From assembly GCA_004431415.1 (NCBI GenBank), contig QPMI01000368.1:1-43084 (forward strand): a stretch of 43,084 bases of DNA. Direction: 5' to 3'. Below are positions 1 through 12,000 of this stretch, one piece after another (within the stretch, counting starts at the first letter, position 1; every line of letters starts with the position of its first letter). Under the pieces are notes generated by a model. The model made no database searches, had not been told where the DNA came from, and saw only the letters and a program-made list of their open reading frames with translations. The stretch is from Cyanophora paradoxa CCMP329 (lineage: Eukaryota > Plantae > Glaucophyta). The translations under genes and the position numbers were made by a program.

Positions 1-3000
1 ATTGGATTAGATAAGGTTAGATTAGAGCCCTGTTAGGTTGGAGGGCGGGCGCGCCTGGGCGTCGCGGGCGCTCAGATTAGGTTAGATTAGGTAAGATTGG
101 AGACTGGTTAGGTTGTGGGACACGTTAACCGGCCGCGGGCGCCCTCGCATGGCTACCTCATCTAAACAAGCTCAGACTAGATTTGATTAAGCTCAGACTA
201 GATTTGATTAAGGGCGCGCCTGGGCGTCGGTGAGGACGGAGGGCGCGCCCCCGACCGCCTTGCCGCACGCCGCCGCGGCCCCGCGCCCCTCGATCCTGAA
301 CGTCTGCGCTCGCGCCCCCGCCCGTCAGAGATCGCCCCCCCAGAGGGGAGGCGTGCCCCCAAAGAGCCTCGGAGAAGCGCCCATCAAAGATCTCCTGGGC
401 GCGTGGGCGCGCGGGGGCTAGGCCGCTCCCCGGCCCTCGAATCTAGCCCGACCGGCCTCGCCGGATCTAGCGCGGGCCCGGGGGCGGGGCGGGGCGGGGC
501 GGGGCGGGGCGGGGCGGGGCGGGTTGGGGCGGGCGGACCCGCCAGAGGTCGGAGAGAAGGGAGCGGGCGCCGCCGGCATCGTCCCGCACGTCGCAGTACG
601 TGTCGATGATGATCCTGCGCGCGAGAGCGAGAGCGGGCTAAGCTAGTATGTAGAAGGGCGGGCGAGGAAACTAATAGGAACGTTCAACGGCTTAGATTCG
701 TGCTGCAGAAGGTCAAAGGGAGGACATAAATCACAATCATATTTGGCTGAAGGTTGCTTAGGAGCATGGGCGGGGAGAGGCGTGATTCGCGCGGCGGAGA
801 ATCTAGGGAGGGGGGGGGGGGAAGGGAGGGGGGGAGGGGAGAGGGAGAGGGAGTGGGGGATGGGGGGGGGGAAGGAAGGGGGGGGGGAGGGGGGACATGG
901 TGAGGGCAGGCCGAGGACGCGCGGCGGAGCGTAATCACGATCAGGGGTCCTAGTGCGTCCGGCGGTGCGCACGCCAGAAACATCTGCGGACACGAGGCGC
1001 GCGGAGCGGTCAGCCTCTGGATGATCTAATTCGATTTCGAGCGAAGAAATTAGGAGGGGCGCACGTTGATGAGGACGTAGCCGACCTGCGCGGCCGTAGT
1101 GCAGCGGTGAGAAAAGTAAAACAAAACGTCTGAAGGCATAAAAGCTCTAGCCCAGCGGCCCCAGCCCTGGCTGCCCGCCGGGCGACCCCTAGACCCTTGA
1201 GCGCCATGCGTTCAAGCTCCAGTTCTGCTCTAGCTCCATGGCCAGCCCTGGCCCCAGGCCCTAGACCCTGGACCCTGCGCGCAGAGGGCGCACGAGAACG
1301 ATAAAGGTCCAGAAGAAGAGGGCTTAGATTCCTAGACCCCCCCCCCCCCCCCCCCCCCCCCGACTTATAGATCTATCGCCCGCTCCCGCGCGGGGCGCAC
1401 TGGGTTGAGACCGGATAGATCTATAGACCCCGCTGGCTGCCTATGGCTACCCGGCGGTCCGCCTCTGCCGGGCGGGGCGCGCAGAGGGCGCACGAGGATG
1501 ATGAAGGTCCAGAAGAAGAGGATGGTCGAGAGCACGTCCACCAGGTGGATACTGCGCGCGCGCGGGGCGGCCCGGCCCGGCCCGGCCGGCCCGGCGCGGT
1601 CAGCGGGGACAGCGAGAAGGCAAACGGAGGGGACGAGCCCGCCGGGAATGCTGAGATAATGGAGGTCTGGGGCGGGGCCGGGGGCGGGGCCGCGGGGGCG
1701 GAGCCCCGGTCTAGGCAGCTAGCCCCGGCAAAGGCGGACGGCCGGGTAGCCATAGGCAGCCAGCGCTATAGCTAGACGATGGCGTGCCCAGGCTAGGCGA
1801 GCCCGGCGTCCCCTGCAGGCTGGCCCGGCCCATACGCCCGGCCCAGGTGGGCGGGGGCCGGCAGGGCGGGGGCGGACCGGCTCGACTAGTACTCGACTGG
1901 GCTAGACTCGTGCTAGGAATCCCAACCGCGCGCGAGCGCGGGGGGCGCCGGCGAGCGGGAGCCGGCGGGGCGGGGGCGGACCGGTGAGACTAGTACTCGA
2001 CTGGGCTAGACTCGTGCTAGGAATCCCAACCGCGCGCGAGCGCGGGGGGCGCCGGTGGGCGGGGGCCGGCGGGGCGGGGGCGGACCGGCTAGACTAGTAC
2101 TCGACTGGGCTAGACTCGTGCTAGGAATCCGAACCGACCCCAGCAGCCCATAGCTGGCGGCGCCGGCGGGGCGGGAGCGGACCGGTCGTAGTCGTTGCCG
2201 ACGCCGACGACCATCTTCCCCAGCGTCGTCGTTGCCGTCCCCTGCGCCCCCGAAACTTAGGCGAAACTAGAGGGTCGCGCACGGCGAAACCTAGGCGAAA
2301 GCCGCGGCGCTCACCGCCCAGCGCTGCTCTGACCGCGGACTAACACTATAGCTATGTACTGCTCTGATGGTCGCGTACGGCGAAACCTACTAGATGGTCG
2401 CGTAACTAGATGGTCGCGTACTAGATGGCGAAACTAGATGGTCGCGTACGGCGAAACCTAGGCGAAACTGCGCGCCCGCCGCGGCGCTCAGCGCCCAGCG
2501 CTGCTCTGACCTCGCAGGCTACAGGGTCGGCCTACGAGCAGCTGGCCGGGCGCCTAATTATATACCTATAGGTTTCGCGTTCTAGACCGGCCGCCCAAGT
2601 TCACGTTTCGCATTCTACGCCGGCCGCCGTGCAATCCAGGCGGGGGCCGGGGCGAGGGCGGGGGCGGGGGCGGGGGCGGGTGCGCACGAGGTCCGCGTAG
2701 TCCTCGAGGGCGTGCCCGAACATCATCTGCCCCTGCGCGCGCGCGTCGCCTCGACGGGCGCCCCCGCAGAGTAGATCATATATATGTGATTAAGAGAATT
2801 CGATCTCGAGTACCAAGCCCAAGTAGATAGCTGGAGTTATTGCAAGCCATCACTGGTATTGAGAGAAGTTCTCTAAAGAGCGCAGCGGCTTTCTCTTCGA
2901 TTCGGCGGCGGCGAGGCGCACCATGCAGGCTGAAAGAGGGATGGAGGAAGGAAGGGGGCGTGCGGTCAGAGGGCGGGAGGTCGAAGGCGAGGCGAGGCGA

Positions 3001-6000
3001 GGCGAGCGGCGATCGCGAGCGGCGGGCGGCCGGCCGGCCGGTCGCACCGTACGCCTGCACGGGTGCGGGCGGGGCGGGGCTGATCAGCGCCAAGGACGAG
3101 GCTAGGCTGGAGGGGGGGGTACAGGCGCACGACGAGGACGATGGCGAAGAGCAGAGCGAAGTGGACGAGGTCGCTCCCCGCCTGGGGGGGAGGAAAGGAA
3201 GAGAGGGGGGTACGTCAGAGGAAGAAGAGGGGGGGTGGAATTGGCGCGCGCCTGGACCAAAGTCCGCGTGAGGATCGACAGGCGGTCCTGCGCAGCGTCG
3301 GCGGGGCGGGGGGGGGGGGTTGGGGAGGGGGGTACGGGGCCGTATCGGACCTGGAAGTGGAGGAGGCGGAGGATGCGGATCATGCCGAGGAAGATCTCTG
3401 GGGTACGCGCGCGCGCGGATCGGTCGTCTGGGACGCGGGGGCCGGGAGCTCAAGCAAAACCAGGCGGGGCGGGGCCGCGGTCCGGCCATCCGGCTCAGAC
3501 TTTAGAAGTGGACGGATCCAAACGCCGCCGACAACCTAAACCTTTAGATCTAGCTTCCCCGAGCTCAACGAGCTCAGCGCGGGCTCTAGCTTTCCAGCGC
3601 CGCCGGAGCCTAGCCCGGGGCGCACTGACGGCCTGGAGGAGGTGGTAGACGCGCTCCCGATACGCCAGCGACTCCGCCAGCGTGAAGACGTCCTACGCGT
3701 ACGGGCAGGCGTGAGGGAGGGGACGAGGGGCCGGGGGGGTCGAGGGGAGGAGGGGAGGGAGGCAAGGCTATAGCTAGGAGACGTCCTACGGGCAGGCGTG
3801 AGGGAGGGGACAGTGGGGTCGAGGGGAGGGGGGAGGGGTGGGGGGGTGGGGTGGGGGGTGGGGTGGGGGGGGGGGGGGGGGGGGCTAAAGTTAGCCAAAG
3901 GAGGCTATAAGCTAGCTAGCGCTAGGAGGGGGGCAGGAGCTAGCTAGCGGTAGCTAGCCAAAGGGGAGGGGGAGGGAGGCTAGGCTATAGCTAGGAGGAG
4001 GCTGCTGTAGCTAGGAGGCTATAGCTACCACCGAAGCCCTCTTTCCCTGCCGACTGGACCGGGCCCACCCACCCACATGACTTGGATCAGCTGCATCCGT
4101 CTGCGACGCCGCCTCAACCGGAGCCCCCGTCGGCACCAATATTCGGCTCTGTCGCGGCACCCGCACTAGCCGACCCGCCTTCACCGGTGCCCACAACACG
4201 CTCCGTGTCTCCTCCCGCCTCACCACCCTCGGGGCAAGCAGGGGCGCCGAACCATCAGCTACCGCCCCCTGTACCGCCCCTCCCCCGAGCTCTATCAGAA
4301 GCCGAGAAGGCTCTGCTTCCCCAAATTCGCATCTGCTGGGGTCCAGCCCTCAACCGAGGCGACCATGCAGCGGAGAACGCCATCATTGGGCTCCCACGTG
4401 CTTGCATTACGACAGACAGCCGACCCTCCCGATCGCCTGCCCCGGACCTCTACGTCGCAGACCTCGCTCGCCTCTACACAGATCTAGACCTACCCCCCGC
4501 ACCTAGGGATGGGCGAGCTCGGACTATTGCAAGTGCACTTCCCCGTGGAGTCTCGGACCGTGTGGTTGATGCCTTCTTCGATGTCCTGGCAGCCCGTCCC
4601 GTGTGCCGTGGGGGCGACGTTTGCTTCCTTCCTACCGCGATCTCCACGGTCGGTGCAGGCGCCCAACCCCACACCCTGAACCCAGCACAAGCCCTGCAAT
4701 ATCTGCCGCCACGGCCACTACGGTCGTACCGCATGGTTTTCTTCCCTGCTCTGGTCCCGTCCCGCCTCCCGCAGCGGGAAGGCGACTCGGCCGACCACTG
4801 GGTCCTCCTTCTCATTGCCCCCAGACAACGCTCGATCCGAATCTACGACGGCGGCAACCGAAGCCGACCCGACCGAACAGCCCTCGGCCTTGACCTTGTC
4901 AGAATCTGGCTTCGAAGGGATGACGAGCCCTTCGCCCCGCCTCTCTGGACATCCTTCTCGACAGACGCCTGTGACGGCCCCATCCAGATTGCCCGCTCCT
5001 CCTGTGGGATCCTTCTCCTCATGACAGCCTACGTCCTCTCGGGTGACCCGTCGACGCAACGCCTCAGCACACTCATCCGGGACTTCCCGGAACGGCTTCG
5101 GACCTACACCCATTTCATTATACTTGCCCTTTACCTCGGCACCACTGAAATAGGCTCCGCACCTTTCCCCCCGGATCAGCTCGCGTTTGCGACTCCAGAA
5201 ACAGCATGCGTTCCAACGCTCGGCAGCCGGCGCCGGCGAACGGTGGCAACCTTGCACCACGGTGGCATGCTGCCGACGCCGCCTGACTCTGAAAACGACG
5301 ACGGAGGCGAGACCCGCTTAACACTCGAGGACAACTGGCAGGCAAGCGACAGCGAAGAGGACTCCCTCGTTGCTCACTCCTGCCCTCCCTCGCCAACGCT
5401 CATCACGTTACCAGATCCGGCAGCAGATCCCCCGCCAAAATCAGACGAGGCCGCCTTCGCCCAGGTCGTAGGAAAACTGCAAAGAGAACGGAGGCTGCAT
5501 CTGCCTCGCGCCGAGATTCTCTCTAACCTTACCCGCCCGGCATCGCTCCGCGCAGCTGAGGTTGCCACCCTCGCCGAAGAGAACTCAAAATCGCCCCCAC
5601 CGGCCCCTGCGCCTGCCCGACCAAGAAAGACCGGGCGCGAGCCCGCCGGGCGCCGGGAGCGGAACTGGTACCCAATCCAGCGTACGACTGCTACAACGAC
5701 CAGGCCGATCGCCTCGCGAAAAGCTGCAACGATGGGCCTTTCCCTGCCCTTCTATACCTCCCCGCAGGATGCGGGTCCACCACCCGCTCATCCGCTATGG
5801 CACCAAGCCTGGCTCTGCGGAGCTACCGACCGGCACAGAGAGATACGCCGGCCACCTCTTGGCGTACCGCGTGAACGGAGACCCGCGCAAACACATGGAC
5901 GAGGAAGCCCACCTCGTGGATTTCATTCAGTGGAGCTGTCAACTCGAAGCTGGTAGACTCCTGCGCTTCACTGGCGGCCAAATCGACGCTGCTCTCTCCC

Positions 6001-9000
6001 TCATGTCCGCACACCGCAAAGATGGACGCCGCAAGACCCAAGCCGGGGTTCAGCTTCGCGCGACGCGCTCGAAACTGCTGACTGCATCTCTGGCCACGCT
6101 GCGAGTCCGTGCTCGCACGCGCCCGGACATCTATGCGGCAATCTGCCCCGAGGGACCGATTTGCCCCCGCTGCCGCCTCGCAGAGGAAGACTTCGATCAC
6201 ATCTGGGTATGCCCTGCTGCTGCTACTGCCGTCAACGTCTTTCGCCTAGCCGCCCGCGAACACGTCCTTAAACACGTGATGAAACACAAGCCGACGGGAC
6301 TTCGCAGCTCCTGGGACTCGCTATTCCCCTTCCTACTAGACCCTGGCATGTCCAGCCCTCCGCTCGAGTTCGCTCCGGATTGCCCACTGGGCCAGAAACT
6401 AGCTATTCTCGAAGCAGCCGACCTCCTTCATCAATTCGAATTTCGCGCTCTCTTCCAGCTTGTCGCCCCGCAAGGAATTCACGTCCTACTCCGAGCCTTC
6501 GGAGTTCGAACTCTAGCTACGACCTCGCAGCAAGCAGTGAATGGATTGGTGCAACTAGCGGACGAACATGCACGGACCATCTGGAAAACCCGCTGCGACG
6601 CAGTCATAGCCTGGGAACAGGAACACGGCATCACGTCGGGCAAAAAACGCACCAAGCGGGCTAAGGCCTCAATGCTGGCTCAGGTCTCTGCTACGCCAGC
6701 CCCGGCACCAATCCCTCTCAACCCGACTACCCGATGCCCCTCGCTCGAACGCCAACAAGTCACGATCACGGAGTACCTCGGCGGGGCAGCTCCTGCCCTG
6801 GCGGCCGAGCTGGCGGCGTTCACCTGGAAGAAGCTGGAAGAGGAACCTACTCAACAGCCCCCCCGACGTAGCGCCCGCCTCCGCGAACTCGACGCACGAC
6901 GCCCTCGCTGCGACACCTGCGGGACAAGCTTTGCCTCCGCCCGCCGGTGCCTCCGCCACCTCGCTACCGGTCTCTGCGTCGACAGCGCAGCGGGAGTCGG
7001 CTTCCAGCTAGTCCGCAATCCTAGCCCCTCCCAGCCCACGTCCTCGACGACCGACTTGGAACTACCCCTTCTCTACCCCCGCAGCCCCCCGCCCGCGTAG
7101 CGAAACGGCCTGCAGTCACGCCTGCAGCACCCCGACATCAGCTAAACGCTTCAGAGACGAGCACGGGGCCCCGCAACACCCGCCACCGTCCACCAGCAGG
7201 CCTCCACCCGTTGGCTCCAAACGCACGGTGGAGGATGACGTTACAGCCCCGGCCTCCAGCGCCAAACGTCGCCAGGGATAACACCGTCAGAGCCGCCGAG
7301 CAACAAACGCAAACACGCACCGGCCCCTCGGAAGCCTCCAGGACAGAAACGCGGCAAGCGTGACGCCTCAGCCCCGCCACCGGACCCCATTCCGGGGCTC
7401 CCTGAGGGCTCCATCTTTAAATTCTTCGCCCCAGGCGAATGGAAACCGACGGCAGAAACCACTCTGCGGCCGCCTAGCGAGCGCGCCCCCGCGGGCCAAG
7501 CAACCTCGAAACCCCGGAAAAAACTCCGCCGCCGCCAGCCAGCCCGACTGGAAGAGCTGCCCCCGCTGCCCCGGCCGCCGCCACCGCCCCCGAAGCCACC
7601 GCCGACGCCACTACCGACGCCCCCTCCCAAGCCGCGCAAACCTCGAAAGCCCCGCAGCATACTCCAATACCTCCCAGACATGTGCGCAACCTGCGGCTGC
7701 CGTCGCATCCACCATGACGCGATCACCCCACAGGCCTGGCCCGTCTCCCACATCTGCTCTGCCCCTCCAGACACGCCCGCCAGCTTCTCAGCTCATCACT
7801 GCGCCTGTCAGCCACATATCATTTCCTTCATGTCGACCCCTCGGGCACAACATCCTGAAATACAAAGGCTAGCAAGGAGGTCCGGGGGGGGAGGGGAGGG
7901 GAGGGCGGGGGGGGAGAGGTGGGGGGGTGGGGGGGGGGGGTGGCGCAGGTCTCGGAGCGCGGCGCCTCGTCCCACTGGTCGGAGCTGGACTTCGAACGGC
8001 GGCGACGACGACGGGCGCGACGACACCGTGGACTCTCCCCCTACCGCATCTCCGCCACTATTAGATAGGACACAGCGTACCACGGCCAAGTTCTACGAGA
8101 CATCAAGCGGGCATCTAGGACCGTGCAGCTCATCATGCCGCGCTCACTGCTAGAGGACCGGCGCATATTATGTTCTGGAGGCGACTCGGTAGACTACAGC
8201 TAAAGCACCAGCTCGACACGACTAGTAGCTGTAGCACTCTTGTCACCTATCTCCTCCTGCAGTCAGCATCCCAGTATCCAGTAGGCGAGGAGCGGGGGAC
8301 TGTTGTCAAGTGTGTACGAATGCAACAGGTTGTTCAAAAAAAAACTTTAGAAGTGGACGGATCCAAACGCCGCCGACAACCTAAACCTTTAGATCTAGCT
8401 TCCCCGAGCTCAACGAGCTCAGCGCGGGCTCTAGCTTTCCAGCGCCGCCGGAGCCTAGCCCGGGGCGCACTGACGGCCTGGAGGAGGTGGTAGACGCGCT
8501 CCCGATACGCCAGCGACTCCGCCAGCGTGAAGACGTCCTACGCGTACGGGCAGGCGTGAGGGAGGGGACGAGGGGCCGGGGGGGTCGAGGGAGGAGGGGA
8601 GGGAGGCAAGGCTATAGCTAGGAGACGTCCTACGGGCAGGCGTGAGGGAGGGGACAGTGGGGTCGAGGGGAGGGGGGAGGGGTGGGGGGTGGGGTGGGGG
8701 TGGGGTGGGGGGGGGGGGGGGCTAAAGTTAGCCAAAGGAGGCTATAAGCTAGCTAGCGCTAGGAGGGGGGCAGGAGCTAGCTAGCGGTAGCTAGCCAAAG
8801 GGGAGGGGGAGGGAGGCTAGGCTATAGCTAGGAGGAGGCTGCTGTAGCTAGGAGGCTATAGCTACAAGCCAGCGCTCGAGCGGCAGTATAATATTAAAGT
8901 GGAGAAGCGGGAGGGAGGGGGGCCAGCGTGGAGACGTCCTACGATCGCGAGCAGGCGCGAGGGAACGAGGGGCTGAAGTGGAGGGGGAGGGAGGGGGCGC

Positions 9001-12000
9001 GCCTTGACGGTGCAGATGATATAGCTACTACTACGCTAGGAGGCTGCTGTAGCTATGAGGCTACAAGCCAGCGCTCGAGTAGCATTATTATATTAAAGTG
9101 GAGGGGCTAGAGAGGAGGGGGTGGGTGGGGGAGGGGGCGCGCCTCGACGGCGCGGAGGTCCTCCTGGGCCCCCGGAGCTAGGAGGTTATAGCTAGGAGGC
9201 AATTTATCCAGAGGCCCTGAATCTAACGTTTAGATCTACCGTATAGAACTTACGCCTTATAGAGCGAGATATGAAAGCAGCGATGCTATATTATATGAAA
9301 GTGGAGGGTGGGGGAGGGGGCGCGCCTTGACGGTGCGGAGGTCCTCCTGGGCCCCCGCCCCCTCGAACGTGTACTGCGCGGGGGCGCGGGGTCAGCTTAC
9401 AAGGGGCGCCGCCCTCTAGGCCTGGGCCTAGGCGGGCGGGGCGGGGCGGGCGGGGGCGAGGGGCGGGGAGAGGGAGGAGGGAAGGAGGCGGAGCGCCGGG
9501 GGGGGGGGGGGGGGGGGGGAGGGGGGGGGTCCTCCTGGGCCCCCGCCTCCTCTAGGCGCCCCCTGGAGCTTACAAGGGCGCCTTCTAGGCCTAGGCCTAG
9601 GCCTAGGGCGATTGTACATGATCGTGCATGCGCCGGGCCGGCCGGGGCCGGGCCGCGGCCCGCATGGCTCAGATGCGGCGCGTCCGAGGGGACGGGCGGG
9701 GCGGGGCGGGGCGGGGCGGAGGGGGGCGGGGGGTCTGCGGACCGCGGCGGTGAGGGTGGGCATCTGCGTGTAGACGCTGCGGCCAGGTGGCGTCAGAGAA
9801 GGGGGAGGGGGCGCCGGCGGGGTACGTGGGCCCGGCTCGTCTTGGGTGGGTGGGGGGGGGGGGGGAAAGAGCCGAGCCCGGGCCCTCAATCTAACAGCTA
9901 GATCTCACGAATCTAACACATGCATCGAAGTCCAACAGCTAGATCTCGATCTAGATCGGGGGAGGGAGGGGAGCCGGTGGGGCCCTGGATCCCATCTTAT
10001 CTATTCAGAGGCCCATCTTATCTATCTATCTAGAGGCCCATCTTTATCAATCCAACAGCTAGATCTCGATCTAGATCTAGGCCCGCATCAAAGTCCAACA
10101 GGTCCAACGGGGCCGGCACCTCACGACGAAGGAGACCCAGATCTCAGCTAACCAATCCAGGGGCCCCACTCTAACAGCTATAGCTAGACCCACCAAGCCT
10201 AACTTCCACACCCAACAGAATCAACGGCGCCCGCACCTGACGACTCAACTAATCTATCCAGAGGCCCCAATCTAACAGCTAGACCTATATATATATATAT
10301 AGCTACCAAGCCTAACTTAAGCTTCAACACCCGACAACTCCATCAGAGTTCGCACCTGACGACGAAGGAGACCCAGATGGCGGCGACGACGAAGAAGAGG
10401 GAGAGGTCCGCCAGGTGCACCAGCGACTGCCGCGAGACGGCACCCGAGCTTAGTTGAAGTTCGTTGGTTAGCTAGTTAGTTAGCTAGTTAGGTTAGTTGA
10501 AGTTCAGAGGATGGGCGACAGTCTACACGCAGCGTTTCAAATGCTATAGATAGGATCGCGAGCACCATCCAGGAGTTGCCGCGGGGCCCCGCGCCCGCGC
10601 CGGCCCCGCGCCTCCTCTTCCTGCCGCGGTGACGGACCCGCCGGTAGACCGCGACGACCTTTTGGGCAAGCCTGCGAGGGTGGGCTTAAAAGGAAGGAAG
10701 GCTTAAAGGAAGGAAGGAAGGAGGGAGGGAGGCAAGGAGGGGGAGGGGTACCAGAATGCGGAGCAGAGGGTGACGACGATCTCGAGGAACTGCGCGTGGG
10801 GGTCATATAATAAAAGGGCCGCGCCGGGAATCGAACTCGAGCCGTCACAGGGAGGGGGTACGCACCAATCGAAACTTGTCGAGAGGCATTGAATAGAGCT
10901 CGACCCGGAAGACGTCAGTCGTCAGGCGCCGCCGCACGAGCCCTGCGAACGAAGCGTGTGGCTGTAGGCGGGGAAAGGGGGGGGGGGGCGCAAGGGAAAG
11001 GGGGAGGAAGGGGAAGGGCCCGCGTACCCCCCGTCGAGAAGTAAAAGTCGAGAGTAGTGAAGCCCACGGAGCGGGAGTGCCCGTTGTAGACCGCTGCGCC
11101 GAAAATCAGGGGTACATCGCGACTGGAGCGGGGGGTACGGGGGCACCGAACTTGATGCTGATCCGCCGCGTCAGGGGCGAGACGAGGCCCAGATCCTGCA
11201 GAGGGGCGGGGTGGGATGGGGATTGAAGGGGGTAGGGGGTAGGGCAGGAACAATGGGGGAGGGGGATACCGTACCTCCTGCAGCTTGAAAAGGGCGGAAA
11301 CTGCGGCTCGGTCCTGCACCTCCGGGAGTACAACGGACACTGCACAGGGGTACAGGATCGAACGCGGAACGAGGGGGTATGTGTCAAGGGCGCACTGTAG
11401 GCTCCGAAGGAGGGATCATAAAAGATGCTGCAGGGGGAATGGAGTGGGGGGGGGGGGAGGGGGGGGGTCCGGGAATTCAAGACAGATCTGCAGAGTCGGG
11501 CGGGGCGGGGCGGGGCAAGGCGGACCCCACGGGGGGAAGGCTGCTAGCGCGCAGCGAGGATCCAAGCAGCTGGGCGTGAGGAGTACGGGGTCGGTTGCTG
11601 TCCGAAGGGGGGCGGGAGAGGCGTGCTCACCTGAGACAGCTCCGAGTCTGACAGGGACTTTTCGGCATCGAACCCCATGTTGCGCATGAAGGCTCTGCTC
11701 GGGCGGCGGGAAAGAGGAAAGCAGGAATGGGGATAAGGGTTCGGCGGGACTAGAGGGCGCGTCGGGGCCAAGCTTAGGGGGTGCGCCAAACAACGCGCAC
11801 GCGACGATTGCGGCCTGCGGGGGGGTAAGGCTCGAGAGGTCGACCAGGGAAGACTCTGTAGAGAGCTGCGCAGCTCAGCGATGAGCACATTCGTCTGAGC
11901 GTGCAGGGGGTACGGGAAAGAGGGCGGAAGGGGGCACGGCTCACGGAGTTGGTGATGCAGATGGGGTAGAACTTTCTGAATTTCTCCTGCCCAGGGCACT

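Larger units (their letters stand above)
4029..8344 (+). mobile_element. 5'-truncated non-LTR (LINE-like) retroelement copy carrying a Ulp1-family protease; no RT domain visible in this copy
   Basis: Intron-free sequence unlike the host gene. Reading frame open right up to the 5' junction; A9 tail at 8336-8344; flanking direct repeat; LINE C-terminal motifs CPRC-x8-H-x3-C (6162-6212) and IWKTRC (6579-6596); RNase H-type YNDQADRLAK (5692-5721). Confidence 0.85.

Noticed and set aside
1868-2135. CRISPR-like repeat-spacer pattern
   Set aside because: The intervening sequences are themselves repeated, the context is a eukaryotic intron, and there are no cas genes.
3499-8865. LTR, DIRS or Penelope element with ~525-bp terminal repeats
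   Set aside because: The repeats contain a host PKD2 exon and host-style intron sequence, and have no TG...CA ends. There is no gag, integrase, tyrosine recombinase or GIY-YIG, and a poly(A) abuts the right copy.
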